Numbered from the stretch's first letter, positions 37,138-48,205 are shown. The stretch: DNA of 64,000 nt from Methanomicrobiaceae archaeon UBA206 (GCA_002503105.1 DAQY01000028.1:4524-68523), one strand, 5' to 3'. Notes: generated by a model from the letters alone, not told the origin. Made by a program: numbers and translations.

Positions 37138-38511
37138 TCACGCCTGATACAGCCCCTCTATGTATGGATACTTCTGCCTCCAGAGGTGCAGATCTCTCCA
37201 TCCAACCGGTGCGCTCCGGTCGTTCAGCGTGTACCGGTGGTAGGTAACGGGCGTGGCGATATCGGGATGGAGTATCCGGTCGCCAAGACAGGGGATCAGG
37301 CGTTCCACCCGACGGATCGGCCGCATCGCGTATGCCGTCTTGAATTTCCGGTACTCCTCCCCTGCACCAGGTCCGGCCCTGTAGTACCAGCAGTCCTCAA
37401 ATTCGAAGGTGACAGGGGCCGTGATCTGGATGCCGTGGATGCGGATGTCGCCGTGTTCCGGATCGTTCTGCGCGAGCACCCCCCTCCGGTGATGTGGTGA
37501 CGAAGACCTCGGTGCCATCGAAGCTGAACGTGGACGGGTCGATGTCGATGTCGGTGACGATGGAGACGGTGAAGTACGGTTCCGAGACCCGGATAATTGT
37601 TCAGCATTCTCCTGAACTCGGTGGGGACGAGCTCCGGATCGATCAACCGGAAGAACGTCTGCTTCGCATCGACGGCGGACACCACCGGATCGGCGTCGTA
37701 TAAACTGCCGCCGTCGAGAATAACCCCGGTTGCCTTCCCGTTTTCGATGGCGATCGACCGCACACGCTTTGAGAGCATGATACGTCCGCCGTTCTTCCGT
37801 ACCGCCTCCGCAAACGCCTCGACGATCTTCCGGGCTCCGCCGACTGGGCAGTGTACGTTGCTCTTCAGTGCCAGCGCGATCGTCCAGAGGATGCCGATCG
37901 CGGGTATCTCGCGCAACGGTGCGATCGCGCGGAGCGCGAGGCGAAGGCACCGGAATCTCTCGCCCCGGAACAGGGATTCCAGGAACCGATCGGCGGACAT
38001 GCGGGTGTACTTCATCGTCTTACGCAGGCACAGCGGTATCGACAGCCGTGTCCGGATTCTGGATAGCGGTGATGCGAGTTCCGGGCTTTCTGACGGTATT
38101 CGAGTGATCTCCTTATCGATCGCAAGGGAGAGAGAGAGAGAGATCGACCAGATCGTGGAGGGCCCCTCTATCCGCATCCGGGAAGGACCCGATCACCGTC
38201 TTCTCAAACTGCTCCCTGCTCCTGGAGAGCACGATCTCCGATCCCTCGCACGGACCGGGTATCGGGCATGGAACCGCAAGGGAGCGAATCGAAGAGGTTC
38301 TACGCCAAGATACTCCAGCATGCTGTTTAATTTTTGGTGATCGGTGATCCCGTGCCGGGTGTAGGACGTGCAGTACCTGCCGGGCCGTGAATGCTGTTCG
38401 AACAGCGTCACCGTCTTTCCGGCTCTGGCACAGTGCGCGGCGCAAGGATAATCCGGCAAGACCCCCGCGCCGATGACGATGACGTCTGAATATTCGCGTG
38501 CCGTCGTGCAT
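37138..38511 (-). pseudogene. FAD-dependent oxidoreductase of the phytoene desaturase (CrtI-like) family, multiply frameshifted
   Basis: The N-terminal dinucleotide fold is split (IVIGAGGLAGLS / CAAHCARAGKTVTLFEQHSRPG). The middle part (PVGGARKIVEAFAEAVRKNGGRIMLSKRVRSIAIENGKATGVIL) and the C-terminus (HPDIATPVTYHRYTLN...EGLYQA) lie in different frames. Confidence 0.6.
38128..38143. repeat. (GA)8 dinucleotide microsatellite inside the CrtI-like pseudogene
   Basis: GAGAGAGAGAGAGAGA read directly. Confidence 0.9.
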
Positions 38512-38913
38512 CCCTCATCTCCGCCACCTGCATGTCGGCGGAATATATGACCCCCACGCCAGGCCGATCCGTGGAGCCCCGCCTGCCGCCCGACGCGCCC
38601 GGCCGGAATATAAGAGGAGGTCCGGCGGGTTCGGAGGTTTACGTCGCTGCCCTGTGCCGGCGGGCGCGAATCGGCGTCCGGGACGCTCCGGGATAGGCGC
38701 CACGTGCTTCAGAGTCTGCGTCTTCGACGGGAATCTGCTTCCGATCCGGATGCGTCATCTTCGGCGTCGACGCGGTCGATCCCGGATACCTGCGGGCGGA
38801 TTCTGCCGCATGCTGCTACCACAGTGGAACGGGTCTCGGGTACGGGCGTGACGGCCGTATGCGCGGTGCCCAGAGGAAAGGTTTATCAGTTTCGCCCCGC
38901 ATCAGGACGGCAT

Positions 38914-40885
38914 ATGTATAAAATTACACGAATAATAATCGTAATCGTCGTACTGGCGGCATGCATCCCGCTGGGGGCGTGCGCCCAGGAGGACGGTACG
39001 GGAGATATCGCAGGTGCTCCCCCCTGAAGTGAACGAGTTTGCCGGCGACTGGCCGCTGCCGAACTTCGATTATGCCAGCACGCGCGCCACGATGAACTCG
39101 ACGATCAACCCCAGCAACGTGAACGACCTGGACGTCGCCTGGTCGTTCGGTATCAACGCAACGGGCCCGTTCGGCGGGGCGAGCAGCAACCCGATCATCA
39201 TGGGCGACACCGTCTACTTCCAGGACCTCAATGCCAGCGTCTTTGCCCTGGACTTCCAGAGCGGGGATCTGATATGGGCGCAGCGGTACGAGAATGCGTC
39301 GGTTACGGGACCGAACGGTCCGGCCGTCGGCTGGGGCAAGGTCTTCGCCGTGAAGGATCCGTTCACCGCCGCGGCGCTGGACGCAGACTCCGGAGAGGAG
39401 ATCTGGTCGACCCGGCTCGTTGATGTCGCCAACGTGCCCGACGGGCCGATCGGCGAAGGAATCGACATTCAGCCCCAGGTATTCGACGATATGCTCTTCG
39501 TCTCAACGGTCCCGGGCCGCGGGGATGTCTTCTACCAGAGCGGCGCTGTCGGCATCATCTCCGCCCTCGACCAGGAGACCGGCGAGGTGGTCTGGAACTT
39601 CAGCACCGTGGATGATCCGGAGAGCATCCGGGGTAACCCGGACGTCAACAGCGGCGGCGGATGCTGGTACACGCCGTCCATCGATCCCGACAGGGGGACG
39701 ATCTACTGGGGCGTAGCAAACCCCGCACCGTTCGCCGGAACGCAGGAGTATCCCAACGGAACGAGCCGTCCCGGCCCCAACCTGTACACGAACAGCATGC
39801 TGTCACTCGATTACATGACCGGCGAGCTGCAGTGGTTCTCCCAGATCCTCCCGCACGACCTCTTCGACCATGACTTCCAGGCGCCACCGATCCTGACCAG
39901 TGCGAACATCAGCGGTGAGGAGCAGGATATCGTGATCGGCGCCGGCAAGATGGGCAGGGTCTACGCGTTCAACCGCGACACCGGCGCCATCCTCTGGGTC
40001 GCCCTCGTCGGGATGCACCGGAACGACCAGCTCGCTGCACTGCCTCCCGATGAGGTCACCACCGTGTATCCGGGTGCGCTGGGCGGGGTTGAGACACCTA
40101 TGGCATATGCCGACGGCGTGGTCTACGTGCCGTACGTCGATCTGTACACCAACTGGACGCCAGAATCCTCACTGAGTGTGGGCGTTCCTGGCGCAATCTC
40201 CCCGGAGATTCAGCCGTTCGACGAGGGGACGGGCGGTCTCGCCGCCATCGAGACCGATACCGGGAAAGTGCTCTGGGAGCAGAACCTCGATTCCATCAAC
40301 GTCGGTGCAGCCACGGTGGTCAACGATCTGGTCTTCACCGCGACCTTCGACGGCACCATCTATGCCTTCAACCGCACCTCCGGCGAGCAGGTCTGGAACT
40401 ACACCGCCCCCGCCGGCATCAACGCCTGGCCCGCCGTGGCCGGCGACACCATCGTCTGGCCTGCAGGCGTCGGAAACGCGTCTGCCATGATCGCTCTGCG
40501 GCCCGAAGGAGCGGCCAACGTGACGCCGACGCCCACACCGGAGGAGAATGTAACGCCCGCTCCCGCCGCGACACCGGCCGCGCCGGAGCAGGCGACGATC
40601 GACCTCGTCGCAGAGACCATCGCTTTCGATACGGACAGCATCACCGTCCCGGCCTGCGCGCAGGTGACGATCAGCTTTGAGAACCGCGACATCGGCATTC
40701 TGCACAACTTCGCCGTCTACGAGACCTCGGCCGCGCAGAACGCCATCTTTGTGGGCGAGATCATCGCCGGTCCACAGAACATCACCTACACCTACACCTT
40801 CACCGCGCCCGAGCAGCCCGGCACGTACTTCTTCCGCTGCGACGTCCACCCGACCGCCATGACAGGCGATTTCGTCGTGGAGTGA
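38914..40885 (+). pseudogene. secreted PQQ-like beta-propeller protein with a Thr/Pro linker and C-terminal cupredoxin domain; the signal peptide is separated from the body by a +1 frameshift in a C6 run (39019-39024)
   Basis: ATG 38914 gives MYKITRIIIVIVVLAACIPLGACAQEDGTGDIAGAPP then stop. The body ORF 39014..40885 continues as PPEVNEFAGDWPLPNFDY in the next frame. PQQ-repeat-like WxxxxG patterns and many N-x-S/T sequons. The tail FFRCDVHPTAMTGDFVV is a type-1 copper motif. Confidence 0.65.
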
Positions 40886-41079
40886 TCAGATGCGAGGGGG
40901 TTGTACGCCCCCGACCATCCTTCCATCAGGTTTTCGCCTGTCCTGTCCACGGCGGCTGGCCGGGCAGATAAAGCCGGCGCGCACGCGCCGGGCATCCATG
41001 CCGGAGACGGCGCAGATGCACCGCGATCCCCTCCCGAAAACACGAGCTTTTTTGTGGTCGCAGCCCCGACCACTGATCC

Positions 41080-41838
41080 GTGAAGAGCGCGGAGATTCAG
41101 GTGGTGGGCGTGCGGGGACTCCCCCTGATCAGAGCGGGCGACGATCTGCCTGCTCTGATCTGCGAACGGGTCGCGTTCGAGGACGGGGATATCCTCTGCA
41201 TCGCCTCGTCGGTGTACTCGAAGGCGAAGGGGCTCACGCGCGATCTCTCCTCCGTCACACCCGGTGAACGCGCGGAACGGATCGCGGCGAACGCCCACGA
41301 GGACCCCCGGTTCGTCCAGGCCGTGCTGGACGCTTCGGCCGATCTTCTGCTGGAGCACCCGTTCATCCTGTCCGTACTCCCGTGCGGACATATCGGAGTC
41401 CGGGCAGGGGTCGACCACAGCAATATCGAGGGTGATAGGGTGATCCTCCTCCCACCGGACCCCATGGCGGCGGCCGACGAGGTGCGCGCGTCGATCCGGG
41501 AGATCAGCGGGAAGGACGTTCGGGTGATCATCACCGACACCTGCGGCCGATCGTTCAGGCGTGGGCAGACCGGCATCGCCGTCGGATGGAGCGGCATGCC
41601 CGCCATCAACGATTACCGCGGCGATACCGACCTGTTCGGTCACGTCCTGCAGATCACCGAAGAAGCGGTCGTCGACGAGATAGCGGCGTTTGCAAACTTC
41701 GTGATGGGCGAGAGCGATCAGGGCGTGCCCGCCGTCGTCTTCCGCAACTGCGGGACATGGGAGGGGCACGACACCATATACTTCACGCCCGACGAGGACA
41801 TCGTCAGGTCTGCCCTGAAAAGTATCGAAAAGAGTTAG
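41080..41838 (+). CDS. cofE: coenzyme F420-0:L-glutamate ligase
   Basis: GTG start. GLPLIRAGDDL...ASSVYSKAKG...DPRFVQAVLD...RAGVDHSN...ITDTCGRSFRRGQTGIAVG. Confidence 0.85.
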   Translation: MKSAEIQVVGVRGLPLIRAGDDLPALICERVAFEDGDILCIASSVYSKAKGLTRDLSSVTPGERAERIAANAHEDPRFVQAVLDASADLLLEHPFILSVLPCGHIGVRAGVDHSNIEGDRVILLPPDPMAAADEVRASIREISGKDVRVIITDTCGRSFRRGQTGIAVGWSGMPAINDYRGDTDLFGHVLQITEEAVVDEIAAFANFVMGESDQGVPAVVFRNCGTWEGHDTIYFTPDEDIVRSALKSIEKS

Positions 41839-41993
41839 AGGAGCATGTTGAGGAGGTACACCGCTCCCCCGATCACGCCCGCCGCGACGACCACGGCCAC
41901 CGGGCTGATATGGACGGCCCGCCGGTCCTCGCTGTCATAGTAGTTGACCAGACCGGCGGACGACACCAGCCTGCCGCCAGACTTTTTCGCCAT
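41835..41993 (-). CDS. secG: preprotein translocase subunit Sec61-beta
   Basis: Internal ATG 41993. MAKKSGGRLVSSAGLVNYYDSED...single C-terminal TM. Confidence 0.8.
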   Translation of the reverse strand: MAKKSGGRLVSSAGLVNYYDSEDRRAVHISPVAVVVAAGVIGGAVYLLNMLL

Positions 41994-42014
41994 GTAGGAG
42001 CGTTCGTCTTCACG

Positions 42015-42024
42015 ATATATAAAA
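42015..42024. promoter_or_regulatory. near-palindromic TATA element (ATATATAAAA) in a 47-nt divergent gap; candidate bidirectional promoter for two leaderless genes
   Basis: It lies 17-26 nt from ATG 42041 and 22-31 nt from the minus-strand ATG at 41993. Confidence 0.3.
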
Positions 42025-42040
42025 GGAGCCCTGATAAACC

Positions 42041-43084
42041 ATGCCGGCATCCTCCTGCACTGTGACCGGTCTCGCCCTGATCGGAGAGGAGATGGAGGCG
42101 GAACCCGTCCGTATCACGGTCGAGGACGGGATCATCGTCTCGCTTGAACCGTTCTCAGGCCGTCCGGAGCGCTGGATCTGCCCCGCCTTCTTCAACGCGC
42201 ACACGCACCTCGGGGATACCGTCGCCATGGACATCCCTGCCCGGGGGGGGCTTGCCGAACTCGTACGGCCGCCGGACGGGCTGAAACACCGCATACTCGC
42301 CTCAACCCCGCGGGCGGATCTGGTCGCGGGGATGCGCGCGAGTATCGACGTGATGCTCGCGACCGGAACGATGGGGTTCGCCGATTTCCGCGAGGGGGGT
42401 GCCGTCGGCGTTGCAGCGCTCCGTGAGGCGGCAGCAGGCCTTCCCTGCCGGCCCGTGATCTTCGGGCGGGACGGCGGTGAGCGGGAGGCGGATGGAATCG
42501 GCATCAGCAGTGTGCGGGACGTGGAGCATGCGGAAGCGCTTGTTGCAGAGGCGCGGCGGCTGGGCAGGCTCGTCGCGCTCCATGCGGGAGAGCGTGATCC
42601 ATCCGATGTCGACGATGCGCTCTCGTTCGAACCCGATCTGCTGGTGCACTGCACGCACGCGACAGACCGCCAGCTCCGCGCATGCGCCGACGCAGACATC
42701 CCCATTGCGGTCTGTCCGCGCTCGAACTGGGTTCTCGGGGTCGCGGCCTCCGCCGCCCACCCGCCGCTGCAGCGCATGCTCGATCTCGGCTGCAGGCTGT
42801 TTTTGGGGACGGACAACGTCATGTTCGTGCAGCCGGAGATCCCGCAGGAGATGGCGTTCGCTGCGACGGTCTACCGGCTGCCGCCGGCGGAGATCCTGCG
42901 TGCGGCGGTTTCCGGCTCAGCGCTCCTGGGAAGATCCAGCGTTCTTGAAGAAGGAAATTTTGCCAACTTTCTGGTGATCAACCCCAACAAGTCGAACATC
43001 TGCTTCAGCAGGGATCCTAGGACGACCATAGTGAAACGAATTCACGCCAGCGCCATCGAACAAAAGGTTTTAACCTTAAAATAG
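42041..43084 (+). CDS. amidohydrolase-family metal-dependent hydrolase (deaminase/chlorohydrolase-like)
   Basis: PAFFNAHTHLGD (HxH), LVALHAGE, LVHCTHA, GTDN. Confidence 0.75.
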   Translation: MPASSCTVTGLALIGEEMEAEPVRITVEDGIIVSLEPFSGRPERWICPAFFNAHTHLGDTVAMDIPARGGLAELVRPPDGLKHRILASTPRADLVAGMRASIDVMLATGTMGFADFREGGAVGVAALREAAAGLPCRPVIFGRDGGEREADGIGISSVRDVEHAEALVAEARRLGRLVALHAGERDPSDVDDALSFEPDLLVHCTHATDRQLRACADADIPIAVCPRSNWVLGVAASAAHPPLQRMLDLGCRLFLGTDNVMFVQPEIPQEMAFAATVYRLPPAEILRAAVSGSALLGRSSVLEEGNFANFLVINPNKSNICFSRDPRTTIVKRIHASAIEQKVLTLK

Positions 43085-43120
43085 AGATTAAATAGGGAAT
43101 ATCTGTTCCGGTTGGTGTGC

Positions 43121-43549
43121 ATGTTCCGAAAGATACTTGTTGCGACGGATGGTTCCGAACCGGCTGAGAAAGCGATTGATAAAGCCATCGCGGAAGCGCA
43201 GAGATGGAATGCCGAGCTTCATGCGATATACGTCGTGGAATCCGGGCTTTTTTCGTCACTTCCGATGGACAACACGCTTGAAGTGATCTACAGCCTTTTA
43301 CAGAAGGAAGGGAAAGAGACCCTGGATGCGGCTCAGGAGAGGGCCGGGGCGGCAGGCGTTCCGCTGAACACGCACATCAGGCAGGGACACGCAGGATCGG
43401 AGATCATCGCCCTTGCCGAGGAGCTCGGTGTCGATCTCATCATCCTCGCCTCTCACGGGAAGAGCGGTGTCGACCGCCTTCTCCTGGGCAGTGTGACCGA
43501 CTATGTGGTGCGGCACAGTCCCGTTACAACCACGGTGGTGAGAACATAG
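43121..43549 (+). CDS. universal stress protein
   Basis: MFRKILVATDGSEPAEKA...LIILASHGKSGVDRLLLGSVT. Confidence 0.85.
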   Translation: MFRKILVATDGSEPAEKAIDKAIAEAQRWNAELHAIYVVESGLFSSLPMDNTLEVIYSLLQKEGKETLDAAQERAGAAGVPLNTHIRQGHAGSEIIALAEELGVDLIILASHGKSGVDRLLLGSVTDYVVRHSPVTTTVVRT

Positions 43550-43581
43550 TAGATCCGCAACAGGCGATCGTCCGCGACTAC

Positions 43582-44424
43582 ATGGTAGCCGATGTCGTCT
43601 CGGTCTCGATCCCCGGCAACAGGGACGACGTTCTGCGCATTCTGAAACGCACCGGGATCAGCGGCGTGCCGATCCTGAAGGACGGGGAACTGGTCGGCAT
43701 CATCACCCGCAAGGACCTGCTCCGCAAGCCGGATGAGACGCAGCTCGCCCTGTTGATGACGCCCCATCCTGTCGTCATCCGACCCGATGCGCCGCTATCC
43801 GAGGCAGCCCAGCTGATGGTCAGGCACAACGTCCGGAGACTCCCCGTCGTCGAGGAGGGGGAGATGATCGGTATCATCAGCGTCGCCGACCTGATCGGTG
43901 CCATCGCACAGATGCGCATCACCGGTACGATCAAGGATACGTGCGTGAGCAAGACCTACGCGCTCTGGGAGGATACGCCGCTGTCGCTGGTCGGGAAAAT
44001 CCTGGAGATATCGGGTTTCGATGCCATCCCCATCCTGATGGAGGACGGAACGCTCACCGGCATCATCTCCGAGCGCGACCTGATCCGGTACACCCGGATC
44101 GAAGACGGTGTCGAGATCAGCGACTTCTCCAACGGAACGGACGACGATGAGTGGACCTGGGAGAGCATCCGCGACATGCATACGATCAGCTACGGTATTT
44201 CGACGATCCAGCTCCCCCCGATACCGGTGAAACACGCGATGGTGAAGAACGTGATCTCGGTCCCCCTCAACGCCGAGATCCGCGAGTGCGCCCTGAAGAT
44301 GAAGCGTGCCCGGGTGGATCAGCTGCCGGTGGTGAACGGAAACAAGCGGCTCGTCGCCATGCTCTTCGACCGTGAACTGATCAAGGTGCTGCTGCCGGAG
44401 CAGCAGAACCGACAGATATTTTAA
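43582..44424 (+). CDS. CBS-domain protein (four CBS motifs)
   Basis: Repeated GVPIL..G.LVGIITRKDL and RRLPVVEEGEMIGIISVADL patterns. Confidence 0.8.
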   Translation: MVADVVSVSIPGNRDDVLRILKRTGISGVPILKDGELVGIITRKDLLRKPDETQLALLMTPHPVVIRPDAPLSEAAQLMVRHNVRRLPVVEEGEMIGIISVADLIGAIAQMRITGTIKDTCVSKTYALWEDTPLSLVGKILEISGFDAIPILMEDGTLTGIISERDLIRYTRIEDGVEISDFSNGTDDDEWTWESIRDMHTISYGISTIQLPPIPVKHAMVKNVISVPLNAEIRECALKMKRARVDQLPVVNGNKRLVAMLFDRELIKVLLPEQQNRQIF

Positions 44425-44522
44425 GAGATAGCACTCTGATAAACTGGAGTGTCCGTGCGAGATCGCGCTGCGGCACGCACGGTCCCGACAAGAAGGTTTA
44501 TGTTTTATAATGTCGTTGTATA

Positions 44523-44542
44523 CGCTTAAACGCTTTTAAGCG
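44523..44542. promoter_or_regulatory. perfect 8-bp inverted repeat CGCTTAAA-cgct-TTTAAGCG just downstream of the psmB TATA-like box (44503-44510)
   Basis: Read directly. It lies where the TSS is expected. Confidence 0.3.
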
Positions 44543-44577
44543 ATTCAGGGTGTTTTGAAGATTTTAGAGGTGTTTCA

Positions 44578-45222
44578 ATGCTCGATGCTTCCCAGCAGAT
44601 ATTGAAAGGCACGACCACGATTGGGTTGATCTTCAATGAGGGTGTGGTTCTGGCGACCGAGATGCGTGCAACCATGGGGAACATCATTGCCAGCAAGCGG
44701 GCAAAGAAGATCTACCAGATCACGCCGCGAATCGCGATGACCACGGCGGGCGGCGTGGGCGACGCCCAGCAGCTCGCCCGCCTCATGCAGGTGGAGTGCA
44801 GTCTGTACGAGATGCGCCGGGGCAAGACCATGTCCGTCGAAGCCGCTTCGACCCTGCTCTCCAACTACCTAAACCAGCACCGCTACTATCCTTACTACGT
44901 TCAGCTTCTGATGGGAGGGTTCGATGAGGACGGGGCAAGCATCTACTCGGTCGACGCCCTCGGCGGAGCGACGAGAGAGGAGGAGATTGTCGCGACCGGT
45001 TCGGGGGCTCCTTTCGCGTACGGCGTGCTGGAAGACCAGTACCGCCACGGCATGAACGAGGAGGAGGCAAAAGACCTCGCGTTGCGTGCGGTGAAGTCTG
45101 CCATGCGCCGTGACACGGGCTCCGGCGAGGATATCATGGTCGTCGTGATCACGAGAGAGAAGTACGAAGAGTTCATAGAGCGCGGACTGCAGGCTCCGTC
45201 TCCGGCGCGTCCGACCACCTAA
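44578..45222 (+). CDS. psmB: proteasome subunit beta
   Basis: Propeptide followed by GTTTIGL and a typical Ntn-hydrolase body. Confidence 0.9.
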   Translation: MLDASQQILKGTTTIGLIFNEGVVLATEMRATMGNIIASKRAKKIYQITPRIAMTTAGGVGDAQQLARLMQVECSLYEMRRGKTMSVEAASTLLSNYLNQHRYYPYYVQLLMGGFDEDGASIYSVDALGGATREEEIVATGSGAPFAYGVLEDQYRHGMNEEEAKDLALRAVKSAMRRDTGSGEDIMVVVITREKYEEFIERGLQAPSPARPTT

Positions 45223-45243
45223 CTTTTTTTGGGACGATTTTCA

Positions 45244-47136
45244 ATGGGAATCGAGAAAAAACTTCAAGATCTCAAGGATCAGATCAACAGGATTGTTCCC
45301 AGGGGCATCACGGTCTCTGAAGTGGAGTTTGAAGGGCCGGAGCTGGTGATCTACACAGACGATCCGAAGCGGTTTGCGGACCAGGCGGATCTGATAAAGG
45401 TTCTCGCCCGCGACCTGCGCAAACGGATCGTCGTGCGCCCGAATGTACTGGAGGATCCCGAACGGGCTGCTGACGAGATCCGGTCGGTCGTTCCGGCGAA
45501 TGCCGGGATCACCGACCTCTTCTTCGACCCCGAGACCGGCGAGGTGCTGATCGAGGCGAAGAAGCCCGGCATGGTCATCGGCAAGAACGGCACCACGCTC
45601 CGTGAGATCACCAAGCAGATCGGCTGGACACCGAAGGTGGCCCGGACGCCGCCCATCGAGAGCTCGACCGTCAAGCAGATCCGCCAGTTTATCAGGTCGG
45701 TGAAAGACGAGCGGAAGGCGTTTCTCAGAACGATCGGGCGGCGCATCCACCGTGAGCTGACCAGCAAGGACCAGTGGCTGCGGGTGACCATGCTCGGCTG
45801 CTGCCGCGAGGTCGGCAGGGCGGCGTTCCTCATCTCGACGCCGGAGAGCAGGGTCCTCGTCGACTGCGGCGATAAACCGGGCAGCGTCGCGAACGGGACG
45901 CCCTACCTCTACATCCCCGAGATCTACCCGCTCACCGGACTCGATGCAGTGGTGCTCACCCACGCGCACCTCGACCACTGCGCCCTCGTCCCTCTCCTCT
46001 TCAAGTACGGCTACGAGGGTCCGGTCTACGCCACGCCGCCCACCCGGGATCTCTCTGCCATGCTCCAGCTCGACTACATCGATGTGATGAGGAAGGAGAG
46101 CGACAGGATACCCTACACCTCAAACGAGGTAAAGTCCTACATCAAACACTCGATCACCCTCAACTACGGCAGCGTGACCGATATCGCACCGGATATCAAG
46201 CTCACGTTCCATAATGCCGGACATATCCTCGGATCCGCCATCGCGCACTTCCACATCGGTGAAGGGCTGTACAATATCGCGTTCACTGGCGACTTCAACT
46301 TCCAGAAGACGCGCCTCTTTTCCCCGGCCGCATCGAACTTCCCGCGCCTCGAGGCGCTCTTTATGGAGAGCACCTACGGCGGTGCGAACGACATTCAGCC
46401 CGCGCGAAGGGAGGCGGAGGAGAGGCTCTATGAAACGGTGAACGCCACCGTGAAGCGGGGCGGGAAGGTGATCATCCCCGCGTTCGCCGTCGGGCGGTCG
46501 CAGGAGGTGATGCTCGCCCTTGAGGAGGGGATCCGCAGGCAGAGGATCCCATCGGTCAAGATCTACCTCGACGGCATGATCCGGGAAGCGACCGCGATCC
46601 ACACCACCTATCCGGAGTACCTGAACGCCGATCTTCGGAACCAGATCTTCCGGGAGGGGCTGAATCCGTTCCTTGCCGAGTGTTTCAGCCAGGTGGACTC
46701 CGCCGAACTCCGGGAGCAGGTTATCGGCGGCGACCCCTGCGTGATCATCACCACCAGCGGTATGCTCAACGGCGGGCCGGTGATGGAGTACCTCAAGGCG
46801 CTGGGCCAGGACGAGCGCAACTCCCTGGTATTCGTCGGATACCAGGCGGAGGGCACGCTCGGGCGGCGTATACAGAAAGGATGGCGCGAGATCCCGCTCG
46901 GGTGGCGCGAGACGATCGTGATCAACCTCGAGATCATCACCATCGACGGGTTCTCCGGCCACTCGGACCGCCGGCAGCTGATGAACTACATCTCCCACCT
47001 CCAGCCGCGTCCGGAGAAGATCTTCACCATCCACGGAGACGAGAACAAGACCATCGATCTGGCAAGCTCCATCTACAAGCGGTTCCACATCGAAACGCAC
47101 TCGCCCATGAACCTCGAGACGTACCGCATGATCTGA
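45244..47136 (+). CDS. beta-CASP ribonuclease aCPSF1 (two KH domains, MBL, beta-CASP)
   Basis: N-terminal KH region, HAHLDHCA (MBL motif), beta-CASP motifs, 630 aa. Confidence 0.9.
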   Translation: MGIEKKLQDLKDQINRIVPRGITVSEVEFEGPELVIYTDDPKRFADQADLIKVLARDLRKRIVVRPNVLEDPERAADEIRSVVPANAGITDLFFDPETGEVLIEAKKPGMVIGKNGTTLREITKQIGWTPKVARTPPIESSTVKQIRQFIRSVKDERKAFLRTIGRRIHRELTSKDQWLRVTMLGCCREVGRAAFLISTPESRVLVDCGDKPGSVANGTPYLYIPEIYPLTGLDAVVLTHAHLDHCALVPLLFKYGYEGPVYATPPTRDLSAMLQLDYIDVMRKESDRIPYTSNEVKSYIKHSITLNYGSVTDIAPDIKLTFHNAGHILGSAIAHFHIGEGLYNIAFTGDFNFQKTRLFSPAASNFPRLEALFMESTYGGANDIQPARREAEERLYETVNATVKRGGKVIIPAFAVGRSQEVMLALEEGIRRQRIPSVKIYLDGMIREATAIHTTYPEYLNADLRNQIFREGLNPFLAECFSQVDSAELREQVIGGDPCVIITTSGMLNGGPVMEYLKALGQDERNSLVFVGYQAEGTLGRRIQKGWREIPLGWRETIVINLEIITIDGFSGHSDRRQLMNYISHLQPRPEKIFTIHGDENKTIDLASSIYKRFHIETHSPMNLETYRMI

Positions 47137-47137
47137 C

Positions 47138-48205
47138 ATGTTGCAGCGGCTGGCGCTCCTCCTCAGCGTCTTCGTGGTGATGGCGCTCTCCAATGCTATC
47201 GTCCCGATACTCCCCGTTCTTGCGGAAGGACCGGCGCTCCAGGGAGCGATCTTTTCGACCTACTTTCTGGGCGCATCCGTCACCGTTCTCCCCGCGGGTC
47301 TCGCGAGCGACCGGATCGGGCGGGTGCCGCTCATCCGGACGGGACTGATTCTGACGCTTGCGAGCGGTATCGCCATCGTGCTCCTGCCGCCAGGGCTCCC
47401 CATACTCGCCGCCCGCGGCATCGAGGGGATCGGCGCCGGACTCTTCGTCGCGTCGGCACTGGCATGGACGAACTCCCAGAAGGATCACGAGAGGCTGAGC
47501 GGCTATTTCATGGCGTCACTCAACCTCGGCCTCGTCGTCGGGCTGCTCGGGACCGGCTGGCTCGATGCGCTCACCGATTACGACCTGGCGGGGGTCGTCC
47601 TCTTCACCGCCATGGCCGGCCCGACCATTCTTTTAAGCGCGTTTGTGCGGGAGCACACGCCCGAGGAGTCGCTGGCGGTGGATCTCCTCGATGTCGTCAG
47701 GCATTACGTCTGGCTGTACGTCTCGGCGGTGGTGCTGGTGGGCGTCACCGGGGCGGTCGCTGCGCTCTATCCGGAGTTCACCGGCGGAGATCCCGCGCTC
47801 CTCGGCATCCAGATCGGCACGATGAATATCGCCACGATCGTGACCGTACTCGTCGCATCGCAGGCGAGCTTCCCCCCCGTGCCGACCATCAGAGTGTCGG
47901 CGCTGATCATGGCGGCCGCCGTCATCGGCACCTACTTCACCCCGCTGGCGTTCCCGGTCATCGGGGGGATCGCCGGTTTCGTGATCGTCGCCCAGCTCTC
48001 CTTTCTTGCGCAGACGAACATTATGCAGGGAACGGTGATCGGGCTCTTCAATACCGCCACCTACGCGGGGTTCACCGTTCTGCCGTTCATCGCGGGGATC
48101 GTCGCCGAGACGACAGGGTTCCTCGCCGCGTTCGTCCTGCTCGCGGTGGCCGTCGCAGTCAACGCGCTCACGATCGGGCGGTGCCAGTGCCGGTACTGCG
48201 GCTGA
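47138..48205 (+). CDS. MFS transporter
   Basis: About 11-12 TM segments and GLASDRIGRVP (MFS loop motif). Confidence 0.8.
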   Translation: MLQRLALLLSVFVVMALSNAIVPILPVLAEGPALQGAIFSTYFLGASVTVLPAGLASDRIGRVPLIRTGLILTLASGIAIVLLPPGLPILAARGIEGIGAGLFVASALAWTNSQKDHERLSGYFMASLNLGLVVGLLGTGWLDALTDYDLAGVVLFTAMAGPTILLSAFVREHTPEESLAVDLLDVVRHYVWLYVSAVVLVGVTGAVAALYPEFTGGDPALLGIQIGTMNIATIVTVLVASQASFPPVPTIRVSALIMAAAVIGTYFTPLAFPVIGGIAGFVIVAQLSFLAQTNIMQGTVIGLFNTATYAGFTVLPFIAGIVAETTGFLAAFVLLAVAVAVNALTIGRCQCRYCG

